Source: Promethearchaeia archaeon (lineage in GTDB: Archaea; Asgardarchaeota; Lokiarchaeia; Sigyniarchaeales; SOKP01). Taken from it: 64,000 nt of DNA. Shown one piece after another: positions 9,560 to 20,569 of the stretch. The DNA lies in the NCBI GenBank assembly GCA_036478875.1, contig JAZGEW010000025.1:10132-74131 (forward strand), given 5' to 3'. Position 1 is the stretch's first letter. Each line of letters opens with the position of its first letter. The translations under genes and the position numbers were made by a program. Below the pieces are notes generated by a model that was not told the origin of the DNA, did no database searches, and saw only the letters and a program-made list of their open reading frames with translations.

Positions 9560-11365
9560 TCAACTTCCCCACCATGGATGATTGGTCTTTCTCATTAAAA
9601 TTATAAATTCTCTTAGAGCTTGTTTTTGATCTGTTGTTAATTCATCTATAAACCTTCCCATTAGTTGCCTGACATGAGATTCTGGGACATTAACAAATAG
9701 GGTTTCATCTTTTTCTATATCGCGACCTATTTCAATACCACGGATAGAAATAGCTACTTCTGAATCTTTAGGAGCTTTCTCGACTGTTTGCCCTTTATCT
9801 TGAATTTGATGTACTCTTCTAACTCTTTTTCCCTTATCAGTAATTAATTGAACTTTTGGATATAAAGTTCCAGCTTCAACATATACTCCAAAAACAGCGG
9901 GATCTGAATTTCGAAATATAAATTCTGGAAACATTTTAATTTTTGCCGGTAAAATAAGTTCACTTAAACCTTTCGCAGTATCTTCTGCTTTTCTTATTTC
10001 TGCATATTCGATATATTCTTCTAGTAATCGATAAATAACATTATTCGTGAAAATTCTTATATTATCTTTAATAGCTTGTTCATTAGCTTCAGGTAATATC
10101 GGAACATTAAATCCTAAAACTGTTGCAGAATATGGGTCTAGTTGTTTAACTATATTTGCGTTTATAATATCTTCTTTTTTTATTGGCCCTACATCAGCAA
10201 TACTGATTTTCACTCCATTTTGTGTAAAATGATTTTCTAACGCCTCAAGTGAACCTAAAGTATCTGCTTTTAAAACAACTCCTGCTTTATCAGTTTTTAT
10301 CCTAATACCTTCTACTTCGGATTCAATTTCTTTATATATGGATTCTTCTTCGGAAGGATCCATAATACCTCTAAATGGAGAACCTGCTACAACATCATCT
10401 ATATTTGGAGAGAGAATTTTAATACCTGCAGCAGCACTAACAACATCAACTGAATCAAATTTTTGTCTTGGATCTCGAATTTCATCTAGAGGTTTTGGAA
10501 TTAATAGAGCTCTTACTTTAGATTTAATAGGTTTTTCTAATCCCCCAACAATAAATTCATCTCCTTTATGAATTATACCATCATAAATAAGAACATCCAT
10601 TGTTTTTCCTTGACCTTTCTCTTTTTTAACTTCTAATACAACTCCTTTAGCTGATCCTTCAGAAAATTTAAGATTTGTAGTTAAATATTGCTGAACCAAT
10701 CCCATTAAAATCATTAAAAGTGTTGAAATTCCCTCTCCTGTTTTACCGCTAGTTGGAACAATCGCTATTTTCTTGGTAAAATCTTTTATTTTATCATAAC
10801 GATCAATTCCTTTGAATCCTTCTTCTAAAAAATTACCTATTATCTGTAAAATTTTTTCATCTAAGAAATCTTTAACATATGGTTTTTGTGATTGGTAGGA
10901 ATCGAGAAAATCAGCGTCTTGTTTTGATTTCCAACTAGAAATTCTATCTATTTTATTAGCAGCAATAACGAAAGGTGTTTTTCTCTCTTTTAAAATTCGT
11001 ACAGATTCCCAAGTTATAGGCATCGTTCCAGCAGTGACGTCAATAACTAAAATTGCAATATCTGCTACCGCGCCTCCTCTTCTTCGTAGATTTAAAAAGG
11101 CTGCATGACCTGGTGTGTCTACAACTAATATTCCGGGAAGATTAATTTCTTTTTCAGCAAATTCTTGTTTAGATTTTCTTAAAAATTCTTTTATATCTCC
11201 TTTTGGAAAATATGAAGCGCCAATGTGTTGAGTAATTCCTGCAGCTTCTCTTTGCTGAACAACAGTACCTCTGATATAATCTAGTATAGTAGTTTTTCCA
11301 TGGTCTATGTGACCAAGAATACAAACAATCGGAGCTCTAATTATCTTATTTTCAGTTTCAGTCAT
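9560..11365 (-). CDS. infB: Translation initiation factor aIF5B (IF-2)
   Basis: PIVCILGHIDHGKTT, GITQHIGA, DTPGH, NKID and KADTLGSLEAL. Confidence 0.97.
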   Translation of the reverse strand: MTETENKIIRAPIVCILGHIDHGKTTILDYIRGTVVQQREAAGITQHIGASYFPKGDIKEFLRKSKQEFAEKEINLPGILVVDTPGHAAFLNLRRRGGAVADIAILVIDVTAGTMPITWESVRILKERKTPFVIAANKIDRISSWKSKQDADFLDSYQSQKPYVKDFLDEKILQIIGNFLEEGFKGIDRYDKIKDFTKKIAIVPTSGKTGEGISTLLMILMGLVQQYLTTNLKFSEGSAKGVVLEVKKEKGQGKTMDVLIYDGIIHKGDEFIVGGLEKPIKSKVRALLIPKPLDEIRDPRQKFDSVDVVSAAAGIKILSPNIDDVVAGSPFRGIMDPSEEESIYKEIESEVEGIRIKTDKAGVVLKADTLGSLEALENHFTQNGVKISIADVGPIKKEDIINANIVKQLDPYSATVLGFNVPILPEANEQAIKDNIRIFTNNVIYRLLEEYIEYAEIRKAEDTAKGLSELILPAKIKMFPEFIFRNSDPAVFGVYVEAGTLYPKVQLITDKGKRVRRVHQIQDKGQTVEKAPKDSEVAISIRGIEIGRDIEKDETLFVNVPESHVRQLMGRFIDELTTDQKQALREFIILMRKTNHPWWGS

Positions 11366-11490
11366 TTTATGCCACGAATCTCAGATTATACATTTAATAT
11401 AATTTTACAATGCTTATGGTATAAAAATATTTACCATAGGTTTAGAATTTTATTTTAAAACTTAAAAAATTTCTAAGGAAAGATTGCAAA

Positions 11491-14385
11491 TTATTTAGGG
11501 TTAAGATATGGTTTTAAATATTGAGCAGTAAAAGATTTATTATTTGTAATAATTGCTTCAGGTGTGCCTTGAGTTACAATATTACCTCCTTTTTCACCAC
11601 CTTCAGGACCAAGATCAATAATATAATCAACAGATTTTACAATATCCATATTATGTTCAATAATAATTACAGTATTACCGTTATCTACTAATTTTTGAAG
11701 AACTTTTAATAAATAATTAATATCAAACGAGCTAAGACCTGTTGTAGGCTCATCTAAAATATAGAGCGTATTTCCAGTACTTGTTTTTCTCAATTCTCTA
11801 GCAATTTTTAAGCGTTGTGATTCTCCACCACTCAGAGTAGTTGAAGATTGTCCTAATTCTAAATAACCTAATCCAACATCTACTACTGTTTTAATTGTTC
11901 TTTTTAAATTTGGAAAACTATCGAAGAATTCTAAAGCTTGGTGAAATGTCATTTTTAATACATTATAGATCGATTTTCCGCGATATTTAATATCTAATGT
12001 TTCAGCATTATATCTTTTACCTTTACATAAATCACATTTTATATAGACATCAGGTAAGAAATACATTTCTTTTAAGATATATCCTGTGCCCTTACACTTT
12101 TTACAATGACCAGCTTTTGTGTTAAAACTAAATCTTCCTTTCTTATAACCCCTTTCTCTAGATTCTGGTAATCCCGCAAAAGTTTCCCTGATATAATCCA
12201 GTGCTTTAGTATAAGTAGCGGGGACTGATCTTGGAGTTCTTCCTATAGGTGATTGATCAATATTTATAATTTTATCTATCTTCTCAAAACCAATTATTTT
12301 ATCAAATTTTCCTGGATTTATTTTAGAACTCCGAGTATTTATTATATTATGGAGCCCTTTATATAAACAATCAATAATTAAGCTTGTTTTTCCCGCCCCA
12401 GAAACACCTGTAATACAAGTAAATACCCCTAAAGGGATTTTTACACTAATTCCCTTTAAATTATTTTCTTCTGCTCCTTTTATTTCAAGAATATCTTTAT
12501 TGATTTCTCGTCTACTCTTTGGAATTTCAATTCTTTTTTTCCCTGATAAATAATCTCCTGTTAAAGTATTTGAATTAATTATAGTTTCTATTGTCCCTTC
12601 AGCTACTATTTCACCTCCTCTTTCACCTGCTAATGGCCCTAAATCAATGATATGATCTGCATTACGCATTATTGCCTCATCATGTTCAACTACAATAACT
12701 GTATTTCCTAAATCCCTCAATTTTTTTAACATATTAATAAGACGAGAGATATCTCTTTGATGTAACCCTATACTAGGTTCATCTAATACATATAATACTC
12801 CTACTAAACTTGATCCTAATTGAGTAGCTAATCGAATTCTTTCCGCTTCTCCCACAGATAAAGTGTTTGAACGACGGTTTAATGAAATATAATCTAACCC
12901 AACATTATCAAGAAAAGCTAATCTATCCAATATTTCTTTTAACACTTCTTTAACTATTATCTTTTCAGTTTCATTTAATTGTAGTTCTTTGAAAAATCTT
13001 AGGGAATCCTTAACAGCAAAATTAGATACATCAGAAATACTAAGATTATTAATAGTTACAGCTAAACTTTCTGGTTTTAACCTTTTACCATTACACTGAG
13101 GGCAATCTATCCGATTCATAAAACTTTCATAAACATCACGAGCCCATTCTGAACGAGTTTCCATATATCTTCTGTGAAGTATTGGAATTATACCCTCAAA
13201 GGGTTTTACAACTTGCCAAGAAGATTTAAAATCACTATTTTGATTTTTATCGTCATTATTATCACTTTCAAAATGAAAATTAATTGATTCATTTTCAGAT
13301 CCAAATAATATTTTATGAAGTTTCTTTGGGTCAATATCTTTAATTGGAGTCTTTTTAGTGTCGAATCCATAATGCTTCGCAACTTGTACTATAGTTTGCC
13401 AAGAATATCCATTTAGAGATCCAAATCCCGGAATATCTCTAATTGGTGTCTCTTGCACCGGAACATCTAAATCATTTCCTAAAAGTAAACCATAGTCAAA
13501 TTCCATAACATTGCCTAAACCACTACAATATTTACAACTTCCATGAGGAATGTTAAAGGAAAACATTTTATGATCTATCGGAGGAAGTGAAATTTCACAA
13601 TCAATACAAGCAAGATGTTCAGAATAAATTTGTTCCTTTTTTTCGACAATCTCAACAATTACTAAACCATCTGATAGTTCTAATGCTGTTTCAATAGAAT
13701 CAGCTAGTCTTGTTTTAATATCCTTCTGCATTACTAATCTGTCAATAATAACGTTAATATTGTGCTTGACATTCTTTTCCATAGAGATGTCTTCATCTAA
13801 TGTATATTGAATCCCATCTATTTCTACTCTAACATATCCTTGTTTCTTTAAATCTTGTAAAAGCTCTTTGTATTCTCCTTTTCGATCTCGTATAATGGGG
13901 GATTTAACGATAAATTTTTGTTTTTCTCCCATAGAATCTAGTACTTGTTTAATAATTTGTTGGGGTGTTTGAGGTTTTATTTCTTTCCCACAATTAGGAC
14001 AGTGAGGAATACCAACATTGGCAAATAATAATCGATAATAATCATAAATTTCAGTCACTGTACCAACTGTACTTCGAGGATTTTTAGAGAGTGGTTTTTG
14101 CTCAATTGCAATTGCAGGAGATAAACCTTCTATTGAATCCACATCAGGTTTATCCATTTCTCCTAAAAATTGCCTTGCATAACTCGATAATGATTCTAAG
14201 AATCTTCGTTGACCTTCTGCATATAAAGTATCCATTGCTAAACTACTCTTTCCACTTCCACTAATTCCTGTAATAACAACAAGTTTATTACGAGGAATAA
14301 TAACATCAATGTTTTTAAGGTTGTTCTGTCTTGCTCCTTTTATAATTATAGAGTCTACTTTCATTTTATATACTGTATATATCAA
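11491..14385 (-). CDS. uvrA: Excinuclease ABC subunit A
   Basis: Two ABC ATPase modules (GISGSGKS, GVSGAGKT), EGQRRFLESLS and zinc fingers. Confidence 0.97.
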   Translation of the reverse strand: MIYTVYKMKVDSIIIKGARQNNLKNIDVIIPRNKLVVITGISGSGKSSLAMDTLYAEGQRRFLESLSSYARQFLGEMDKPDVDSIEGLSPAIAIEQKPLSKNPRSTVGTVTEIYDYYRLLFANVGIPHCPNCGKEIKPQTPQQIIKQVLDSMGEKQKFIVKSPIIRDRKGEYKELLQDLKKQGYVRVEIDGIQYTLDEDISMEKNVKHNINVIIDRLVMQKDIKTRLADSIETALELSDGLVIVEIVEKKEQIYSEHLACIDCEISLPPIDHKMFSFNIPHGSCKYCSGLGNVMEFDYGLLLGNDLDVPVQETPIRDIPGFGSLNGYSWQTIVQVAKHYGFDTKKTPIKDIDPKKLHKILFGSENESINFHFESDNNDDKNQNSDFKSSWQVVKPFEGIIPILHRRYMETRSEWARDVYESFMNRIDCPQCNGKRLKPESLAVTINNLSISDVSNFAVKDSLRFFKELQLNETEKIIVKEVLKEILDRLAFLDNVGLDYISLNRRSNTLSVGEAERIRLATQLGSSLVGVLYVLDEPSIGLHQRDISRLINMLKKLRDLGNTVIVVEHDEAIMRNADHIIDLGPLAGERGGEIVAEGTIETIINSNTLTGDYLSGKKRIEIPKSRREINKDILEIKGAEENNLKGISVKIPLGVFTCITGVSGAGKTSLIIDCLYKGLHNIINTRSSKINPGKFDKIIGFEKIDKIINIDQSPIGRTPRSVPATYTKALDYIRETFAGLPESRERGYKKGRFSFNTKAGHCKKCKGTGYILKEMYFLPDVYIKCDLCKGKRYNAETLDIKYRGKSIYNVLKMTFHQALEFFDSFPNLKRTIKTVVDVGLGYLELGQSSTTLSGGESQRLKIARELRKTSTGNTLYILDEPTTGLSSFDINYLLKVLQKLVDNGNTVIIIEHNMDIVKSVDYIIDLGPEGGEKGGNIVTQGTPEAIITNNKSFTAQYLKPYLNPK

Positions 14386-14405
14386 TTAATATTAAAAGAA
14401 AAATT

Positions 14406-16412
14406 TTACACTTGTACTTTATAAGTTTGCTTAAATTCTTTTATCTTGTCTCTTAAGTAAGCAGCATCCTCAAACCTTAGTTCTTTTGCTGCCATGAACA
14501 TCTTATCCTCAAGATATTGAACTACAATATCAATATCTCCTTCTTTTTCTAATTCCTCTATTTTATCTTTTACTTTTTGTTTTAACCTTTTAACCTCTCT
14601 TTCTTTAAATTCTTGTCCATCTGAAAGAGATTTTAAAATATTTTTTTTAATTGTTTGAGGCGTGATGTTATTCTCTTCATTATGTTTTATCTGTTTATTT
14701 CTTCTTCTAGTTGTTTCCTCAATCGCCGCTTTCATTGCGGGTGAAATTCTATCTCCATATAATATAGCTTTTCCTTCAACATTTCTTGAAGCCCTACCAA
14801 TAGTTTGTATTAAGGAACGTGTATCTCGTAAAAATCCTAATTTATCGGCATCTAAAATAGCAACTAATTGAACTTCTGGAAGATCTAATCCTTCTCTTAA
14901 AAGATTAATACCAACTAAAACATCATAAGTCCCATCTCTCAATTGACGTAAGATTTCAAATCTTTCAACTGTACCTACTTCCGAGTGTAAATAAGTTATT
15001 TTCAACCCTAGTTCATTATAATAATCAGCAATATCTTCAGACATTCTTTTCGTAAGAGTTGTTACAAGAGTCCTACCGTTTTTTGCAATGACTTTTCGTA
15101 TTTCTCCTAACAAATCATCAATTTGATTTTCTGCAGGTCTTATTTCTACCATCGGATCAACAAGACCAGTTGGTCGAATTATTTGTTCTGCATAAATTCC
15201 TCCACTTTTTTCTATCTCGTATTTTGCTGGTGTCGCACTCATAAAAATTATAAACTTAATTTTATTCTCCCATTCTTCAAATGTAAGGGGTCTATTATCA
15301 TAGGCACTCGGTAAACGCCATCCGAAATTTACAAGATTCTTTTTGCGAGAGCGATCTCCACCTATCATTCCATGGATTTGCGGGATAGTTATATGAGATT
15401 CATCAACCACTATCAAAAAGTCTTCTGGAAAATAATCTACTAAAGTCATAGGAGGCGTTCCTTGTGGCCTACCATCTAAAGGTCTGGAATAATTCTCTAC
15501 ACCTTTACACCACCCCATTTCTTTCATCATTTCTAAGTCAAATTTTACTATCCTCTCAATATTTTGTGCTTCGGCGTACTTCTTCTGACTTTTGAAAAAT
15601 TGGATTCGTTCTTCCAGTTCTTCTCTTATTAATTCAAGAGCTTTCACTTTATTTTCATCCGGTATGATAAAATGAGTCGCAGGAAAGATCCTATAATTAG
15701 TTACTGTTCTTAATGCATTATTAGATAAGGGGTGAATCTCTGTAATTGTTTCAATTTCATCCCCAAAAAGAGAGATTCTTACTGCATTGTTTAAATATGC
15801 AGGATAGATATCAATTATATCTCCTTTTACTCGTACATTTCCAGGTTTGAATTCAATATCATTCCGTTCGTAATTCATTTTTACAAGGTTCTTTAACATT
15901 TCAGATCTTTTTATTGTCATACCAGTTTCCAAATAGAGCGCAATCTTTTCCCAGAGTTCTGGATTTCCCAAACCATAAATGCAAGAAACTGATGCTACAA
16001 TAATTACATCTTTTCGTGTTCTTATGGCATGTGCTGCTGCTAATCTCAACCGTTCAATTTCTTCATTAACACTAAAATCTTTCTCAATGTATAAACCAGA
16101 TACAGGCATATAAGCCTCAGGTTGATAGTAATCATAATAACTTACAAAATAATGGACTGCATTTTCAGGAAATAGATCTTTTAACTCATTATACAATTGC
16201 GCAGCTAATGTCTTGTTTGGCGCCATAACTAACGTAGGTTTTTGTATTTCTTGAATTATGTTAGCAATAGTGAAAGTTTTACCTGTGCCGGTAGCACCTA
16301 ATAAAGTTTGAAACCTTTTTCTATCTTTGATCCCAGTTTTAAGAGCTTGGATAGCAGATGGCTGGTCACCCATTGGTTTAAAATCAGAGTGAATTTTGAA
16401 ACTTACATTCAT
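14406..16412 (-). CDS. uvrB: Excinuclease ABC subunit B
   Basis: GATGTGKT, YFVSYYDYYQPEAY, DESH, GINLLREGLDLPEV and C-terminal UVR domain. Confidence 0.97.
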   Translation of the reverse strand: MNVSFKIHSDFKPMGDQPSAIQALKTGIKDRKRFQTLLGATGTGKTFTIANIIQEIQKPTLVMAPNKTLAAQLYNELKDLFPENAVHYFVSYYDYYQPEAYMPVSGLYIEKDFSVNEEIERLRLAAAHAIRTRKDVIIVASVSCIYGLGNPELWEKIALYLETGMTIKRSEMLKNLVKMNYERNDIEFKPGNVRVKGDIIDIYPAYLNNAVRISLFGDEIETITEIHPLSNNALRTVTNYRIFPATHFIIPDENKVKALELIREELEERIQFFKSQKKYAEAQNIERIVKFDLEMMKEMGWCKGVENYSRPLDGRPQGTPPMTLVDYFPEDFLIVVDESHITIPQIHGMIGGDRSRKKNLVNFGWRLPSAYDNRPLTFEEWENKIKFIIFMSATPAKYEIEKSGGIYAEQIIRPTGLVDPMVEIRPAENQIDDLLGEIRKVIAKNGRTLVTTLTKRMSEDIADYYNELGLKITYLHSEVGTVERFEILRQLRDGTYDVLVGINLLREGLDLPEVQLVAILDADKLGFLRDTRSLIQTIGRASRNVEGKAILYGDRISPAMKAAIEETTRRRNKQIKHNEENNITPQTIKKNILKSLSDGQEFKEREVKRLKQKVKDKIEELEKEGDIDIVVQYLEDKMFMAAKELRFEDAAYLRDKIKEFKQTYKVQV

Positions 16413-16553
16413 CGTATTAATTAAAGAACTAATGAGATAATTTATAATAAAATAAAATTAAATATATTGACAATAAGACTATAGAAATTCTAATGAATAG
16501 TAACTTTTGATTTTTACTGAAAGGACAAGATGGTAGATAAATTCACTACCATA

Positions 16554-19500
16554 CTATTGTACAATTTCTTCGTGAGTGTCCTCAGCCCCTTCTTGAGTAC
16601 GAACCAATATTTCTATTAACTCGTCCTTAGTAACCCAAGGAAGTTTGTCAATAATCACACTCATATCAATTGTTAATTCTAGTGAATCTCCAGAGCTAAT
16701 CTCTATAATTTCATTATTGAAAGCATCCAAGGAGAAGTATGTATTATTTATATACACAGAATCGAGGACCACATTTAATAAGCCTTCATTTTGAATTAAG
16801 ATTGTCAAAAGTCCATCCTCATATGCTGAAGTTCCTGAATCATCAATAGTTATATTATAATAAGTAGAATCCGTATAAGCGTTCAATGTTTCAATTAATT
16901 CTGCCGAAGAGTTTGTTGTTATCTTTACAATACATTCATCTGAGTTATTAATCATTAGGTTTGGAATATCGAATGTAACTATCGCGCATTCTTGTATATC
17001 TAATGAAGAATCTCCATATGTGTACATAAGATTACTTACCCGAATATTATTTACATATGTATTGTTAAGACTTATTGGTTCATTTCCCGTATTTTTAATT
17101 ACCAATTTTCCTGTTTCATTGGTATATATATAAGATACGGTAGTATTTTCGACATTTTCAATTATTTGAATATCAGATTCAGCTTTAATTGTATGAATAT
17201 ATCCAATATCCGAAGTAACAGTCCCATTAATTCCAAAATTTCCAGTAACACTTACTAATATTTCTTCGTTAACCTCTCCAGAAATACCTGGAACACCGGT
17301 TGCATCTACTTTAATTACTGCTTCTTCATCAGTTTTTAAATTTAAATTTCCAAATTTTATGTCAAAAGGAACTTTCTCTAAAGTTTCAGTCAAGTAAACT
17401 GAATCAAGCCCAAAAATAATTTCTCCGGTATTTTTAACCCGTATTTCTAAAATTATAGTTCCGTCATATTTATAAGCATAGGATTTATCTAAATCGATTG
17501 GAATATGTTTCCTAAAATCGCCGTTTAGAGTTGCTAAAAGTTCGGGAGATAGAATTCGTTCCTGACTTAATATTGAGATAGAAAAGTTTTCAATACTTGA
17601 TGTGAATAATATTTCATCAGAAATATTATTTGGAGTAGCTACACCAATCTTATTAAAGGTCGAAATAGGATGAAAATTTGCTGTTGCATTTGGTATAAGA
17701 ATATTAGCTTTATCTGTTGGTCCAAGGATAGAGGAACCACTTAAATATATCGTTTGGTTAAATGTATTCTTTACTGTGTCATTATTTATGTAAAATCTAT
17801 CTAAAATGATAGTTGAGTCTCCAATATTTTCCACTTCTAAATAAACATCAACAGTGGTATTGCTCTTCTGAATAACTTTACTATTTTCTTTATTAATTTT
17901 GATTTCTCCTTCTTGTGCTTCTTTAACAAAAAAATTGCTAGTGGAATTTATAAAAACATAGTTTCTATCGTATAACGCTTTTGATTGAGCTGCAACGTTT
18001 ATTTTAACAACATCATTCATTTTGAAATTTGAACCTTCAGTATCAATCCAGACAAGCTCTTCAGTTCCATCTTCAACTGTCTTATTGCCCATAATAAATG
18101 GATATTCTTCTCCATTAATTTCTACACCGGTAATGAGCAAATCTTTTTTACCTGTATTTTTCAATTTAAAAGTAGCATAACCACTGTCAAAAACTTCTGG
18201 ATTTTGAATAACAAAACTGGAATCCAATACAGTATAATCAATCCTATATAATTTTACTAAGTGATATTTCGAAATATATTCTGGAATAAATATCATAGAT
18301 TCATATTCTCCATTCTCAGGTATATGAGATTTCCATGTATTTCCATCATCATCATATCTGCCTTGTATAGATCTAGTATAACTATCTTGAAGTTCATTTT
18401 GAGCATTTTCATTGGAGGTAGGTTCACCAGCAAACATTAATTTAACGAGTTGACTTTCAAACCATTGATCTTCTACTAATCCAGTTGATGCATTTCGATA
18501 TTGGCTTTCATCGAAGACAGAATTTTCTGCCCAATTATCTTCTTCCCATCCCATTTGTTTATATATTGCATAATTATCATTACAAATCTGAACCATCCAT
18601 GTCCATTTTCCCTCGTCGCCACCTAAACCTGGAATGAGAAACCCAAAATAGACCAAAACGTAATCCGCATGAAGCCTCCTAAATGCTTTAGCACTGTAAA
18701 TCTCATTAGTCTGCATCAATGCCATACCAGTTAGACCTATCCTAGTTGAATTCATTGTTGCATTATCATTCACAGTTGTTACATTCCCTACCGGAGTAAG
18801 CCAATAACCGTAATCCCACCAGGAGACCACCACATCTGTTCCTTTTAAATTGTTTTTCATCCAAGTTAAAGATCCCTCCCAATCAGTAAGAGCCCCGCCA
18901 GGTACCATTTGTACATGCGACATCTGATCAACAGCAATATCAGTTGCATGAACAACTTGAGCAATACATAAAAAACCAATAACAATATAAACAGCAAATA
19001 CTTCTGAATTTCCTAATGTTTCCTTCAACTGTCTTTTTCGCCTTCTACTAATTCCAACTTTTCTTTCTCCTAAGAAACTACCGAATATTTTTAATATATT
19101 AGCCAAACCATATGCTCCCGCTAATGCTGCTGCTGGAGCAAAAATTAGTATAATACGAATCATACTTCCAGTAAAATAGTACATTAAGATAATAAAGGCA
19201 ATTACAAAAATATCAGCAGCATTTAATCTTTTAAAACAGAAATATACCCCTAAAGGTACAAGAATTAAAGGAATTAACGTGTTATAATAGAAAACACTCC
19301 ATGCACTTGGCATTTGTTCTGCTACTGAAGCAACTAGAGCGATATTTTCACGAAAAAGAGGATTAAGAATTGTCCAAAACCGCGAACCAAAACCAAAAGG
19401 TATAATTTGAGGAGCAACCCAAATTATCACTGCAAATACTAATACTGTTGGAATGAAACCCCACTTTATTATATTTATTAAGTTATCATATAATTTTGGG

Positions 19501-20396
19501 TGTTCGCTCTTTTTTGTATAAATGATGTGAAATATAAGTATAATAATCGTAACAAGAAAAATACCTCCAACATCTAGATCTGAAAATAAACTTCCATGAT
19601 TAAATTTTACATATAACGAAAATATTAGTAACCCTGTACCTTGGACCCCAGCATAAGATATTAATACATTTTCATTATATTTATTCGTTAAAATCAAGAT
19701 TGCACAAAGAATAGGGAATATTAAAAAAACAAATTGATATCCTCCCCAACTTAATGACAAATAACCTAAAAATATACCTCCGATTATTGAATGTGAAAAT
19801 TTTCCTCCACTTATTGCCTTTAAAAAGAAGAGAAATGTCATTAATGTAGCAAATACACCAATTGTTTCATTATCGAAAAATCCGGCGGTAGTACGTTGTA
19901 AGAATCCTGGACTGAAAGCTAAAAAGAATGCTGCAAATAATCCTGTAGCACGATTGAGTACTTCTTTTCCTAAAAGGTACATAACAATTACTGTTATTCC
20001 CCCCATAAATGCCGGAAAGTAAAAACAGATATCATATAATGATATTGGTAATCCAAAAAAATGAAAAATTTTATATATTGAGACTACTGTCATAGTTAGG
20101 CCGGGTCGTAGACCTCCTCTATAATACCCTCCAGGATACCAGCTTTTATAATCTGTCCAATTAAAATATTCATAAAGTGTGTGATCATTTAAATATTCAG
20201 CATTGTACCATTGGATCCAAGGATCAAATGCTTTGATTAGTGTTACCCCTCTGATAAGTGGGCTTAATCTAATAAGAATGGATAGAGTTACTAATAAAAA
20301 TAATGCTATAAAAAATAGAATATTACTAGTTTTTACTGATATTGATGTCCTGACACGATCACGGAAGTTCTTTAGTGAAGTAGAGATCTTTACCAT
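16554..20396 (-). CDS. aglB: Oligosaccharyltransferase AglB/STT3 with long repeated beta-rich C-terminal extension
   Basis: FDPW, DNE, SVAEQ, WWDYG, DNAT and DEGKWTWM motifs. Confidence 0.95.
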   Translation of the reverse strand: MVKISTSLKNFRDRVRTSISVKTSNILFFIALFLLVTLSILIRLSPLIRGVTLIKAFDPWIQWYNAEYLNDHTLYEYFNWTDYKSWYPGGYYRGGLRPGLTMTVVSIYKIFHFFGLPISLYDICFYFPAFMGGITVIVMYLLGKEVLNRATGLFAAFFLAFSPGFLQRTTAGFFDNETIGVFATLMTFLFFLKAISGGKFSHSIIGGIFLGYLSLSWGGYQFVFLIFPILCAILILTNKYNENVLISYAGVQGTGLLIFSLYVKFNHGSLFSDLDVGGIFLVTIIILIFHIIYTKKSEHPKLYDNLINIIKWGFIPTVLVFAVIIWVAPQIIPFGFGSRFWTILNPLFRENIALVASVAEQMPSAWSVFYYNTLIPLILVPLGVYFCFKRLNAADIFVIAFIILMYYFTGSMIRIILIFAPAAALAGAYGLANILKIFGSFLGERKVGISRRRKRQLKETLGNSEVFAVYIVIGFLCIAQVVHATDIAVDQMSHVQMVPGGALTDWEGSLTWMKNNLKGTDVVVSWWDYGYWLTPVGNVTTVNDNATMNSTRIGLTGMALMQTNEIYSAKAFRRLHADYVLVYFGFLIPGLGGDEGKWTWMVQICNDNYAIYKQMGWEEDNWAENSVFDESQYRNASTGLVEDQWFESQLVKLMFAGEPTSNENAQNELQDSYTRSIQGRYDDDGNTWKSHIPENGEYESMIFIPEYISKYHLVKLYRIDYTVLDSSFVIQNPEVFDSGYATFKLKNTGKKDLLITGVEINGEEYPFIMGNKTVEDGTEELVWIDTEGSNFKMNDVVKINVAAQSKALYDRNYVFINSTSNFFVKEAQEGEIKINKENSKVIQKSNTTVDVYLEVENIGDSTIILDRFYINNDTVKNTFNQTIYLSGSSILGPTDKANILIPNATANFHPISTFNKIGVATPNNISDEILFTSSIENFSISILSQERILSPELLATLNGDFRKHIPIDLDKSYAYKYDGTIILEIRVKNTGEIIFGLDSVYLTETLEKVPFDIKFGNLNLKTDEEAVIKVDATGVPGISGEVNEEILVSVTGNFGINGTVTSDIGYIHTIKAESDIQIIENVENTTVSYIYTNETGKLVIKNTGNEPISLNNTYVNNIRVSNLMYTYGDSSLDIQECAIVTFDIPNLMINNSDECIVKITTNSSAELIETLNAYTDSTYYNITIDDSGTSAYEDGLLTILIQNEGLLNVVLDSVYINNTYFSLDAFNNEIIEISSGDSLELTIDMSVIIDKLPWVTKDELIEILVRTQEGAEDTHEEIVQ

Positions 20397-20569
20397 AGTT
20401 TTACATTCAAATTTTTATGACTAACTAATTTAATAACCATAATTAAAAATTGAATATAAAAAAAATCCTTAAGATTAAAATGTTTTTCTTTAATCTAACA
20501 TTTTATAAAATTCAAAAATATATGAAAAGAGTTTGTGAGATTTGGACATATTATTAAAAAATTAAAGAT

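Noticed and set aside
8810-9560. Possible RNA gene or mobile remnant between cca and aIF5B
   Set aside because: I found no tRNA fold, terminal repeats or transposase motifs, only a short local repeat (ACTTCATTGTCCCT twice).
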